A stretch of DNA of 64,000 nucleotides, from positions 22,022 through 86,021 of the forward strand of contig JAMCSD010000002.1 of the NCBI GenBank assembly GCA_023380755.1, read 5' to 3'. Below, one piece after another: positions 16,934-25,367 of the stretch. This DNA is from Patescibacteria group bacterium (GTDB lineage Bacteria; Patescibacteriota; Microgenomatia; UBA12405). The stretch's first letter is position 1; each line of letters begins with the position of its first letter. The position numbers and the translations under genes were made by a program. The notes below the pieces were generated by a model. The model ran no database searches and was not told the DNA's origin. It saw nothing but the letters and a program-made list of their open reading frames with translations.

Positions 16934-18002
16934 GGATGAGATTTCTTAAACAATAATTTATTTGAGGTTTGATTTCGGAAATGTGGTTTGGGGAAAAGGA
17001 CATTTTTTGAATGGTATCCAGTAGTGTTTTTGGGGTCAGTTCGGCTTGTGGCAGAATTTGAGTTTGGTGAGGTAAGGATTTTTTGACCCACTGAGCATTT
17101 TTAAGTTGTTCATCCTGTTGGGAGAAAGGGAGAGGAATAAGAATGGACTTTTTTTGGAGAGCAACAATTTCTTGGCAGGTATTAGCTCCGGCGCGGCTGA
17201 TAATTAAGTGGGCTTGGTGAAAAACCCAACCGATATCATCAAGTCCGACGTAATGAACGGGATAATAGTGATCCAGGCCGGTGGTTTGAGTGGCGATCTT
17301 CTCGTAATCTAATTTGCCAGTATGGTGCAAAACGGTAAACTGTTTTGTTAGTTGCGGAATAATCTGAAGAACTGTTTGATTAATAACGCTGGAGCCTTGG
17401 GCTCCGGCGGTGATGTAAAGCAAGGGATAAAAGGAAAGATCTTTTTTTAACTTAGTAAAATTGGAAGTTTTATTCATAAAAATTTCCTGGCGGAGCAGAT
17501 TTCCGGTAATGACGATTTTCGGTTGGGGTAATTCGTTGATTTGATGATCGTCATTAAATGATAAGGCGATTTTATTGGCAAATAAGCTGTTGATTTTGGT
17601 CGATAAGCTATTAGTTAATGTCTGTTCATGAGTGATGGTCGGGATATGGTGGAGCCTAGCAGCAGCCATTACCGGAACGGAAATATAACCACCAAAAGAG
17701 ACAACAATATCGGGATTGATCTGACTGACCAAATTGTAGGCTAAGGCTAAGGCCCGGATGGTTTTGGGAATGCCCAAGATGGTTTCGGGAAGATAGCGGC
17801 GATTGTGTTTGCCGCTGGTGAGAGGGAAAAAGTTGACTTTAAGTTTGGGTATAATTGTGTTGACGAGATGGGTTTCCGATTTAAAAACGTCGCTGATGTA
17901 ATTTACTTGCCAATGAATTTGGGAATCTTTTTTTAGCTGATGGATCAATTCTATGGCCGGGGTGTGATGGTTGCCGGTGATAAGGATTGATTTGGTTATC
18001 AT
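16920..18002 (-). CDS. murG: Lipid II synthase MurG (UDP-GlcNAc:lipid I GlcNAc transferase)
   Basis: Motifs ILITGNHHTPAIE (diverged G-loop 1), YITAGAQGSSVIN (G-loop 2) and ISRAGANTCQEI. Sits in the dcw position after ftsW. Confidence 0.85.
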   Translation of the reverse strand: MITKSILITGNHHTPAIELIHQLKKDSQIHWQVNYISDVFKSETHLVNTIIPKLKVNFFPLTSGKHNRRYLPETILGIPKTIRALALAYNLVSQINPDIVVSFGGYISVPVMAAARLHHIPTITHEQTLTNSLSTKINSLFANKIALSFNDDHQINELPQPKIVITGNLLRQEIFMNKTSNFTKLKKDLSFYPLLYITAGAQGSSVINQTVLQIIPQLTKQFTVLHHTGKLDYEKIATQTTGLDHYYPVHYVGLDDIGWVFHQAHLIISRAGANTCQEIVALQKKSILIPLPFSQQDEQLKNAQWVKKSLPHQTQILPQAELTPKTLLDTIQKMSFSPNHISEIKPQINYCLRNLIHEMV

Positions 18003-19080
18003 CTACAGGAGTATACTTCATCTGCCTGTTGACTACCAAGCCGATGGCCGCAAAGAGGGTCAAAAGTGAGGAGCCGCCGTAAGAAATGAACGGCAAAGGG
18101 ACACCGGTCAAAGGAACGAGAACGGCAATAGCGGCAGTATTAATGATAGTTTGGTAACTGATCCATAATCCCACTCCCATAATGATTAACTGATCAAAAG
18201 GGTCAGTGGCTAACTTGGCCACCTTGAAGATTGAGGTAATCAAAAAATAGTAAAGAAGAAGGATTAAAAAGATGCCAAAAAAACCGAGCTCTTCTCCGAT
18301 GACCGCCAGGATAGAGTCGGTGGCCAGTTCTGGCAAATATTGGTATTTGTGATTGGAGTTGCCCAAGCCTTTGCCAAATAATCCGCCGGAAGATAGGCTA
18401 AGAACGATTTGATTGGTATGGTAGCCAGAACGGGAGGCGTCGTCATGAGGCGACAGCAGGGTTTGGAGCCGGGCATGGCGGTATGGGGAAAACAAGATTA
18501 AGACCAGGCCGACAGCAGCAAAGACGGAAGTTAAGGTTAGAAGTTGGGTAATATTACCGTTACCCAAATAATATAGGGAGAAGATGACGGCGGTGATGAG
18601 GACGACGCTGCTCATGTTCGGTTGAAGAATGATGAGAATTAAGGGTGGTAAAAGGGCGAGGAGAATATTTTTAAGACTATTCTTGGAGGGGTGGGAAATC
18701 AATTTAGCAAAATAAAATATGGCGGCGAGTTTGAAGATTTCCGTTGGTTGGATAGCGAAAAAACCTAATGATAGCCACCGCCTGGCACCTAAAATGGTTG
18801 TGCTAAATCCGGGAATGAGGACAATTACTAATAGTAGAGTGGATAATAAATAAAGTGGGGTGGTTATCTTTTTAAGGTAGGTAAATTTGAGTCGAGAGAC
18901 TACAAATAGAACCATGGAACCGACAAAAATCCAAAGCAACTGTTTTTTAATGAAAAAGTAATGATCACCAAAAGAAGCCTGGGCTTCAGCAAGAGTGGAT
19001 CCGGCTAAAAAGATGAGACTGACAGCCACCAGGGTATAGATGCTGATGATTATTTTAGAAATTCGGGAGATTAATCTCAT
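17881..19080 (-). CDS. ftsW: SEDS-family lipid II polymerase FtsW
   Basis: Motifs NSNHKYQYLPELATDSILAVIGEELGFFG and GVPLPFISYGGSSL. The C-terminal 40 codons overlap murG. Confidence 0.85.
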   Translation of the reverse strand: MRLISRISKIIISIYTLVAVSLIFLAGSTLAEAQASFGDHYFFIKKQLLWIFVGSMVLFVVSRLKFTYLKKITTPLYLLSTLLLVIVLIPGFSTTILGARRWLSLGFFAIQPTEIFKLAAIFYFAKLISHPSKNSLKNILLALLPPLILIILQPNMSSVVLITAVIFSLYYLGNGNITQLLTLTSVFAAVGLVLILFSPYRHARLQTLLSPHDDASRSGYHTNQIVLSLSSGGLFGKGLGNSNHKYQYLPELATDSILAVIGEELGFFGIFLILLLYYFLITSIFKVAKLATDPFDQLIIMGVGLWISYQTIINTAAIAVLVPLTGVPLPFISYGGSSLLTLFAAIGLVVNRQMKYTPVDDNQINPYHRQPSHPGHRIDPSAKKRFPNSLASKLHQRRF

Positions 19081-20113
19081 AAGGGTTAGTGGTAACAGGA
19101 TGGTCTAGGTGGATAGTTTTTACAGTGGTACCAAAATTATCTTTGGGGGTTATTTCGGTGCCAATAATACGATTATTATAGAAGCGGTCTTGAGGTGTGG
19201 GAATATCGAGATCGTGACTAAATTCATTAAGATGATAATAGAAAAGAGGGGTGACTCCGGCTTTTTGTTCCAGTTGGGAATAAAAAGCATAGGAAGCGGT
19301 CAGTCTGGGGTTACATTCTAGAAGATAAACTTGAGACTCGGGAGTGATGAAAAAATCAAGACCAAAGAAACCAAGGTAATTGAAATCCTTTTTGATGGAG
19401 TTACCAAATTGGGCAGTTAGGTCGAAAATTTTTTCTAAGATAGGGGTTGGGGCGCCTGAAGGCCATTGGCGGCCGACAGTGGTGAAGGGGTTAAGGGTGA
19501 GATTTTTAACTCCGGTCAACTGAAGAGCAGGAGGACTTTGAAGTAATTGCCCTTGGTATAAGCAACAGTTGTTAAGTAGGGTGTAACCGGATAGAAGCGG
19601 CATAATCTTAACAGGTATATTAGGAGTGAGTTGACTGGTTTTTCCGGAGCGGTAAGTTGATTGTCCCGCCCAGCCGAAATGAGTTTGGATAACGAGATCG
19701 GAGGTTTGAAATCGAGACTGGCATTCGGAAATGAGTTGGGGGGAAAATGGGCCAATATAGTAAGGAATTACCGGAAGGTGATTACTAGTGGCAAACTTAG
19801 CAAAGAGGATTTTATCTTCCAGAACTCGGTTGACTTTCGCCGCGTTGGCAACATAAAGCCATTGATGTTCTCGGCAGAGGTGTTCGATTTTGGCCGACGG
19901 CTTAAAGGGGATGATAGCTGCTGGAAAGTTGTTTCGGGTCTTTTCAATATAATCAATCACATCGGGGTGGCTGAGAAGGGCGCCGCTATTTTTGGGAATA
20001 TTAAGCTGGAATTCGGAAAGCTTAATCCGATGAAAGTTGGGGAAATCTGGGCCGGGATCAAAATCAAGGCTTTCATCAACTACCAATAAAAAATAATGGT
20101 AACGGCTCATCAT
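19055..20113 (-). CDS. ATP-grasp fold ligase, unknown specificity (not a recognisable Ddl)
   Basis: C-terminal ATP-grasp core LGFFGLDFFITPESQVYLLECNPRLTASY. It occupies the dcw slot usually held by murD/ddl, and its start overlaps the upstream PLP gene by 4 nt. Confidence 0.6.
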   Translation of the reverse strand: MMSRYHYFLLVVDESLDFDPGPDFPNFHRIKLSEFQLNIPKNSGALLSHPDVIDYIEKTRNNFPAAIIPFKPSAKIEHLCREHQWLYVANAAKVNRVLEDKILFAKFATSNHLPVIPYYIGPFSPQLISECQSRFQTSDLVIQTHFGWAGQSTYRSGKTSQLTPNIPVKIMPLLSGYTLLNNCCLYQGQLLQSPPALQLTGVKNLTLNPFTTVGRQWPSGAPTPILEKIFDLTAQFGNSIKKDFNYLGFFGLDFFITPESQVYLLECNPRLTASYAFYSQLEQKAGVTPLFYYHLNEFSHDLDIPTPQDRFYNNRIIGTEITPKDNFGTTVKTIHLDHPVTTNPYEINLPNF

Positions 20114-20913
20114 CGTTTGGCTCCGGTCAATAAAATAACAGGATAATTACCCACGTTTTGGTGAAGTTCCCGGGCTTTAAACAGTCCAGCTAAGCTTAAA
20201 GCCCCTTCATTAGAAGTGATGATATTATTGGCTTCCAAGATGGCTGAAGCATCAAGAATTTGTTGGTTTTGAAGGACGAAAGCGTTGGTGATGAGAGGAA
20301 GGAGGCGGGGCTTAAGAGGCAAATATTTTACGGAAAGGGCATCGGTAATCGAAGTGGACTCGGCTGTAAATTTTTTATCAAAATGGGAAGCAATGGGGCA
20401 ATAAAAGGCTGGCTGAACGGCAAACATGGGAATAGCGGGTGGTATGGCCTGGCGAATTCCGAGGAAAGTAGTGCCACTACCAACGGGGACGAAGAGGCTA
20501 GTCATTTGAGGAAGCTGCTCAAGCAGTTCCCGCCCGATCTCTTGATAGCCTAATAAGGCGGTGGGGTCGGTGGATTGGCGAAGAAAAAAGGCACCGTTGG
20601 CTTTAGAAAAAACAAAGGCGTCTTTGATGGGATTAAGTGAGGTTACCAGTTTGGTATGATTTAATAAGGCTTTCTTATGGGGGTTAATTTTAGGTGAGAC
20701 AAAGACGGTCAGATCGATATGGTTGAGAGAACAGTAATGAGCAGCGGAAATGGCGGCATTACCGGTGGAAGAAATTACCGCCCGGGTGATATGTTCATCG
20801 GCCAGTCTTTGGACCTGAACTGATAGGGCACGATCTTTGGCGGATCCAGTAGGGTTTTGATCTTCTCTTTTGATGTAAAAATCTCCAATTTTGCTAAGTA
20901 GAGTTTTGGCCAT
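20110..20913 (-). CDS. Fold-type II PLP-dependent enzyme (threonine synthase/cysteine synthase family), short form
   Basis: PLP-lysine motif KREDQNPTGSAKDRA and ISSTGNAAISAA. At 267 aa it is shorter than typical family members. Confidence 0.7.
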   Translation of the reverse strand: MAKTLLSKIGDFYIKREDQNPTGSAKDRALSVQVQRLADEHITRAVISSTGNAAISAAHYCSLNHIDLTVFVSPKINPHKKALLNHTKLVTSLNPIKDAFVFSKANGAFFLRQSTDPTALLGYQEIGRELLEQLPQMTSLFVPVGSGTTFLGIRQAIPPAIPMFAVQPAFYCPIASHFDKKFTAESTSITDALSVKYLPLKPRLLPLITNAFVLQNQQILDASAILEANNIITSNEGALSLAGLFKARELHQNVGNYPVILLTGAKR

Positions 20914-20950
20914 ATCTATATTAGAATACGTTATATTTTAACTTAAACAT

Positions 20951-21118
20951 ATGACGAATGTTCAAGACCAAATAATATGTCCCGATTGTAAGGCCGAAAT
21001 TAATCATCCGGAGAAATTGGAAGTCGGTGATATTGTGGAATGCCAGGAATGCGGTACGGAGGTGGAAATTACTTCACTGGAACCTTTGGTATATCGGGAA
21101 ATCATGGAAACGAAATAA
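20951..21118 (+). CDS. LysW-like zinc-ribbon protein (55 aa), absent from the supplied ORF track
   Basis: My translation is MTNVQDQIICPDCKAEINHPEKLEVGDIVECQECGTEVEITSLEPLVYREIMETK. The CPxC...CxxCG pattern and spacing match the LysW amino-group carrier fold as I recall it (CPECGAEL...GELVVCEDCGAELEV..LDPL). The acidic EDWGE tail is missing. Confidence 0.55.
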   Translation: MTNVQDQIICPDCKAEINHPEKLEVGDIVECQECGTEVEITSLEPLVYREIMETK

Positions 21119-21685
21119 TTATTCGAGGCAGTTAGGCCGGTAAACTCCTTCCTGGAAAAATGAAGGTACCGCAAAGGAGATTTGACCATATTTAACTCCT
21201 CTGCCATCTCGACTGCTGTCGACATAGGTAACCACATCAAGAACTTTCTCGACCACAAAAACCACATGATGCCCTTTTTTTTGGCGAACAAGGTCCCCGG
21301 TAGTGATATTTTCGAGAGAAATAGAGTGAGAAATGGGTGCCGAGGTGAGCATGTCAGCAGAAGTTCGTCGGGGGTTAAGCAAACACTGTTTCCCCAGTAG
21401 CTCGGAGTAAAACGCGATTAAATGACAAGCAAGACCAGAGCAGTCGATACCGATATGGTGTTTTTTTTGAAAATTATAAATTTGTTGGGGAGTTAAACTG
21501 AGGATTTTAATCCCTTCTTTGTTGGCGTATTCGACTGTTAATAGGGCAATTTCTTTAGCACTTCCCTTGCCGACAGCGGCATTTTCACCAAGATTTTTAA
21601 ACTTACCGGTGTTTTGAAAATAGGGAATACCAAGATAGTGATTGATTTCTGCCCGTAAAGCAGTAATTAGTTCAATCCCAGCCAT
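21119..21685 (-). CDS. NlpC/P60 (C40) family cysteine peptidase/amidase without signal peptide
   Basis: Catalytic Cys motif GIDCSGLACHLI and downstream His (KKGHHVVFVVEK). No N-terminal signal or TM segment. Start taken at MAGIEL (21685). Confidence 0.6.
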   Translation of the reverse strand: MAGIELITALRAEINHYLGIPYFQNTGKFKNLGENAAVGKGSAKEIALLTVEYANKEGIKILSLTPQQIYNFQKKHHIGIDCSGLACHLIAFYSELLGKQCLLNPRRTSADMLTSAPISHSISLENITTGDLVRQKKGHHVVFVVEKVLDVVTYVDSSRDGRGVKYGQISFAVPSFFQEGVYRPNCLE

Positions 21686-22701
21686 ATACCAAAAACCGCT
21701 AAGATAATGGCCGCGAGCCAAGAGCGCATGACAATTTTTGGTTCTTCCCAACCGATTTGTTGAAGGGTTAAGTGTAAGGGAGCTGCCGGAAGTAGTTTCT
21801 TTTTCCAGAATCGTTTAGAGATAATCTGTAAAGCGCTACTTAAACCTTCGACGATGAATGGTGAACCGACGATAAGGAAGGGCACGATTTTTCCTAATAA
21901 TAAGGCAATCACGGCAAAAGTGGCACCAAATGATAGGGCGCCGACATCACCTAGCCAGATCCGAGCGGGATAAATATTGAAATAGAGAAAAGCGATCAGA
22001 GCTCCGATCCAGAGAGCGAGGAAAACGGAAATCGGAGTATCCAGGGAGTTATTAGATAGAAACCAAAAAGAAAAAAGGGCGATCATCAGCAGTCCAGAAG
22101 ACAATCCATCGAGGCCGTCAGTGATATTAAAAAAGTTAGCGAATCCAACGATAAGGAGGACAGCAATGGGAATATAAAGGGCTCCAAGGTGGATAGCCCC
22201 CAGGAAAGGGATGTAAATAAAATTGATTCCTAAAGTAAAATAAATTAAAAAGGCGGAGATAGAGGCCAAAAATAGTTGTAATAAAAGTTTATGGCGCATT
22301 CGCAAGCCAAAAAAACCGCTCTTTCTGAAACCGAAAAATTTCAAGATATCGTCATATAATCCGACTAAGGCAAAGCTGATGAAGGTGTAAAAAATAACCA
22401 GTAACTCCTTGGAAATATCGTAATTGCGGCTAATAAAAATATTAGTGATCTTTAGGGTCGGGAGGATGAGGGTGAACAGGATACAGACGGAAATAATGAC
22501 CAGTAATCCCCCACCGACAGGGGTACCCGCTTTATGGCTGTGAAATTTATCAAAAATTGGCGTATGTTCATTAAGAAAATCGAGAGTTTTCTGTTTTTGG
22601 CGGAGGAACTTAAGTTTGTATAGAAGGTTAATAAAGGGGATAACTAAAACACTGGTAAGAAGGAAAGAAAATAGAAGTAAGCCGAGGTACAAATGGGTCA
22701 T
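21667..22701 (-). CDS. mraY: Phospho-N-acetylmuramoyl-pentapeptide transferase MraY
   Basis: Motifs HKAGTPVGGGLL, YDDILKF, NFFNITDGLDGLSSG and LGDVGALSFGA. Confidence 0.95.
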   Translation of the reverse strand: MTHLYLGLLLFSFLLTSVLVIPFINLLYKLKFLRQKQKTLDFLNEHTPIFDKFHSHKAGTPVGGGLLVIISVCILFTLILPTLKITNIFISRNYDISKELLVIFYTFISFALVGLYDDILKFFGFRKSGFFGLRMRHKLLLQLFLASISAFLIYFTLGINFIYIPFLGAIHLGALYIPIAVLLIVGFANFFNITDGLDGLSSGLLMIALFSFWFLSNNSLDTPISVFLALWIGALIAFLYFNIYPARIWLGDVGALSFGATFAVIALLLGKIVPFLIVGSPFIVEGLSSALQIISKRFWKKKLLPAAPLHLTLQQIGWEEPKIVMRSWLAAIILAVFGIWLGLN

Positions 22702-22719
22702 GATCTAGTTTAGTATACC

Positions 22720-24048
22720 TTATATCTTAATATATTCGATATTAGCCCCCAAGGAAACCAGCCGTTCAGCCAATTTTTCATACCCACGTTCAATGAATTC
22801 GACGTTGTCGATAACTGATTCGCCAGTAGCTGCAAGAGCGGCGATGGTAGTACAAGCACCAGCCCGGAGATCGTTGACGGCGACATTGATGGGTTTAAGT
22901 TCGGAAGGGCCATAAATTTTTACCCCATGGAAGTAGTCAGGCCGATCAGAATCGAGATTGAAGTGGTAGTAGGTTTCGGGATTTTTTATTTTGGGGTTAA
23001 AAAATTTAATTTTAGCGCCCATTTTTTCCAGGGTGGGAATGTGCTGAAAGCGGGAAGGGAAAATCCGCTCGATAAGGGTACTGCAGCCATGAGCTTGAGT
23101 GAGTAAAACGGAGAAAACGGCCTGCCAATCGGTCATGAAGCCGGGTTCCGGCTCAGTCTCAATGTCAATGGCGCGAAGGCGTTTGGTCCAGCTAACTGTG
23201 ACTTCATCCCGGCCGGTTTCGACACGAGCGCCCATTTGCTGGACTTTATCGAGGAAATTTTTAATAATTTCCGGATTAATCCGTAAAATGTTTACTGAGC
23301 CTTCGGTAGCTAAGGCGGCAACAGCAAAGGTGACAGCCTCATTACGATCAGCGATCACTTGATGCTTGGTAGGAGACAGCCAAGGAACACCATCAATAAT
23401 AATCTGACCGGGATCGGTGGGGTGACGTTTAATTTTGGCGCCCATGGAATTGAGCATTTCGACCAGATCATCAATTTCGGGTTCGCGGGCAGCATTATTA
23501 AGGATGGTTTGACCATCAACTAAGGCGGCGGTCATGATTAAAACTTCAGTGACCGTGTGCGAGGGTTTAGGGAAAGTGTAGGTGGTCGGGCGGATCTTTT
23601 CAGTCGAAAAGACAACGGTGTCACCAACAAAATCGGTATGGATGTTCATAGCTTTAAAGCAATCGAAAAGACGGTCTAGCGGCCGAGCACCTAACTTATC
23701 GCCGCCGGGAAGGGGGATAATAGCTTTGCCGGTACGGATAAGTAAGGGGGCGGCGAACATGAAAGAAGAGCGGGATTTTTCGCCGGTCCCGTGAGGAACG
23801 GTGGAATTGGTAATGGTAGGAGTGGAAATTTCAATACTATGCTCGCCGGTTTTAAGAATTTTGGCCCCCAAAGATTTGGCGATGCTTTCAGTAATACGGA
23901 CATCAGAAATTTGGGGAATATTTGTGATTTGGACGGAGTGCTGAGTCAGCATCGAAGCGATAATTTCTTTCCAGGAAGCGTTTTTGGCACCTCTGATGGA
24001 AACCTCACCGGATAATGTTAAGCCGCCGTGAATTATGTATTTGGACAT
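22720..24048 (-). CDS. murA: UDP-N-acetylglucosamine 1-carboxyvinyltransferase MurA (Asp at the fosfomycin-target Cys position)
   Basis: Motif IRGAKNASWKEI and the active-site loop PLPGGDKLGARPLD, which aligns with E. coli LPGGCAIGARPVD. Confidence 0.95.
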   Translation of the reverse strand: MSKYIIHGGLTLSGEVSIRGAKNASWKEIIASMLTQHSVQITNIPQISDVRITESIAKSLGAKILKTGEHSIEISTPTITNSTVPHGTGEKSRSSFMFAAPLLIRTGKAIIPLPGGDKLGARPLDRLFDCFKAMNIHTDFVGDTVVFSTEKIRPTTYTFPKPSHTVTEVLIMTAALVDGQTILNNAAREPEIDDLVEMLNSMGAKIKRHPTDPGQIIIDGVPWLSPTKHQVIADRNEAVTFAVAALATEGSVNILRINPEIIKNFLDKVQQMGARVETGRDEVTVSWTKRLRAIDIETEPEPGFMTDWQAVFSVLLTQAHGCSTLIERIFPSRFQHIPTLEKMGAKIKFFNPKIKNPETYYHFNLDSDRPDYFHGVKIYGPSELKPINVAVNDLRAGACTTIAALAATGESVIDNVEFIERGYEKLAERLVSLGANIEYIKI

Positions 24049-24049
24049 A

Positions 24050-25363
24050 TCATGATGAATGGTTAACGTTAGTAAAGTAGTTAACGAGACCGGAAAAGGT
24101 ATTTAAGCCCTGCTGACCGCCAGAACTAAAATGAATTAAAATATCCCCTTTTTTAAGGGTAGCTTGATAATGTTTAGTAATAGCTGGGTAATCGGGAAGA
24201 TAATGGCTTTTGGAGCCGATTTCAGCTAAATAGTCCTTGGCGGTGGTTCGGGAATTTTTGGGAACAGAGCGGCTATATTTTAACGGAGCAATGACGATTT
24301 CGCTGGCTGCATCAAAAGTACTTTGGAAATCAGAGAGACTTTTTTTGTATTGTAAAAATGAAGCGTGTGGTTCAAAGAAGACTTTAATGGGGTGAGAAGG
24401 ATAATGGTTTTTAACCGCTTCAAGTGCTTGTTTGATACGGGAAGCTGATTGGGCAAAATCATCAATAAAGATGATGTCTTGGGCAACCTGGCAAATTTCC
24501 AGACGTCTTCTAATACCCCGGAAGCTAGCGATAGCATTTTTAATTAGAAGGTCAGTGATTTTAAGTTGCCGGCAAAGCGCGTAGGCAGCATTGAGGTTTT
24601 CTTGGTTAAATTGCCCCAAGAGGGGTGTTTGAAAGTGGAGCAGGGAATTATACGCAATGGTGGGTGCCGGACTATATTGGGCTAAGGCGGTAGCTTGCGG
24701 GTCATTTTGGTTGTAAACCAATAGGCCATTTGGCGGTAATTTCTTAACTAATTTTAGATAGGCATTGAAGTTGTCTTTTTCGGTATCATAAGAGTCTTTA
24801 TGTTCCCAGGCGGCTGAAGTCAGGACTAAATATTTGACTGGGTAATAGAGGAACTTAGCCTGTGTGTCGAGGCCGTTAATTGATTCGTCGGCTTCGACAA
24901 CGGACCAGGGTGAGTCGTTGAGGCGAAGTGAGGGAAAATCATTGACGGCTTGACCGCCGAAAAAGTAAGCAGGTTCAAAGTTAGCCTGAGTCAAAATCCA
25001 TGAAAGCAGAGCTGAGATGGAAGTTTTGCCGAATGATCCGGCAACTAATATTGACTCATCATGGATAACGTTATCGGCTAGATACTGAGTGGCACTAATA
25101 TAGGGTATGTTTAAGCCTTGGATAGCGGCGAACTCTTCCCGACAGCGTTGAAAAGATTGGTAAGCAGCGCCAATGATAGCTAAATCAATCTTTGGGGTAA
25201 TAGTGGTTTGGTTAATGAGGATATGATGCCGTTCGAGGATCGGGCCGTTGGGAGGGTAAACTTGATCTTGATCGGACCCGGTGACGGTGTGGCCTAAGCG
25301 TTGCAGCTCGACGGCTAAGGCGGTGGTCATGGCACCAGCAATACCAACGATATGAATATGCAT
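24050..25363 (-). CDS. Mur ligase of the MurC/Mpl clade, closest by eye to Mpl (UDP-MurNAc:peptide ligase)
   Basis: MHIHIVGIAGAMTTALAVELQRLGHTVTGSDQDQVYPP, NIPYISATQYL, P-loop GSFGKTS and VVEADES parallel E. coli Mpl (MRIHILGICG...GHEVTGSDANVYPP...NIPYMSGPQWL...VIEADE). Start set at MHIHIVG. Confidence 0.7.
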   Translation of the reverse strand: MHIHIVGIAGAMTTALAVELQRLGHTVTGSDQDQVYPPNGPILERHHILINQTTITPKIDLAIIGAAYQSFQRCREEFAAIQGLNIPYISATQYLADNVIHDESILVAGSFGKTSISALLSWILTQANFEPAYFFGGQAVNDFPSLRLNDSPWSVVEADESINGLDTQAKFLYYPVKYLVLTSAAWEHKDSYDTEKDNFNAYLKLVKKLPPNGLLVYNQNDPQATALAQYSPAPTIAYNSLLHFQTPLLGQFNQENLNAAYALCRQLKITDLLIKNAIASFRGIRRRLEICQVAQDIIFIDDFAQSASRIKQALEAVKNHYPSHPIKVFFEPHASFLQYKKSLSDFQSTFDAASEIVIAPLKYSRSVPKNSRTTAKDYLAEIGSKSHYLPDYPAITKHYQATLKKGDILIHFSSGGQQGLNTFSGLVNYFTNVNHSS

Positions 25364-25367
25364 AGGT

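Noticed and set aside
21004-21291. 95-codon minus-strand ORF spanning the LysW-like ORF and the 3' end of the NlpC/P60 gene
   Set aside because: It is out of frame with P60, and its composition looks random. The zinc-ribbon ORF on the plus strand and the P60 frame account for the sequence.
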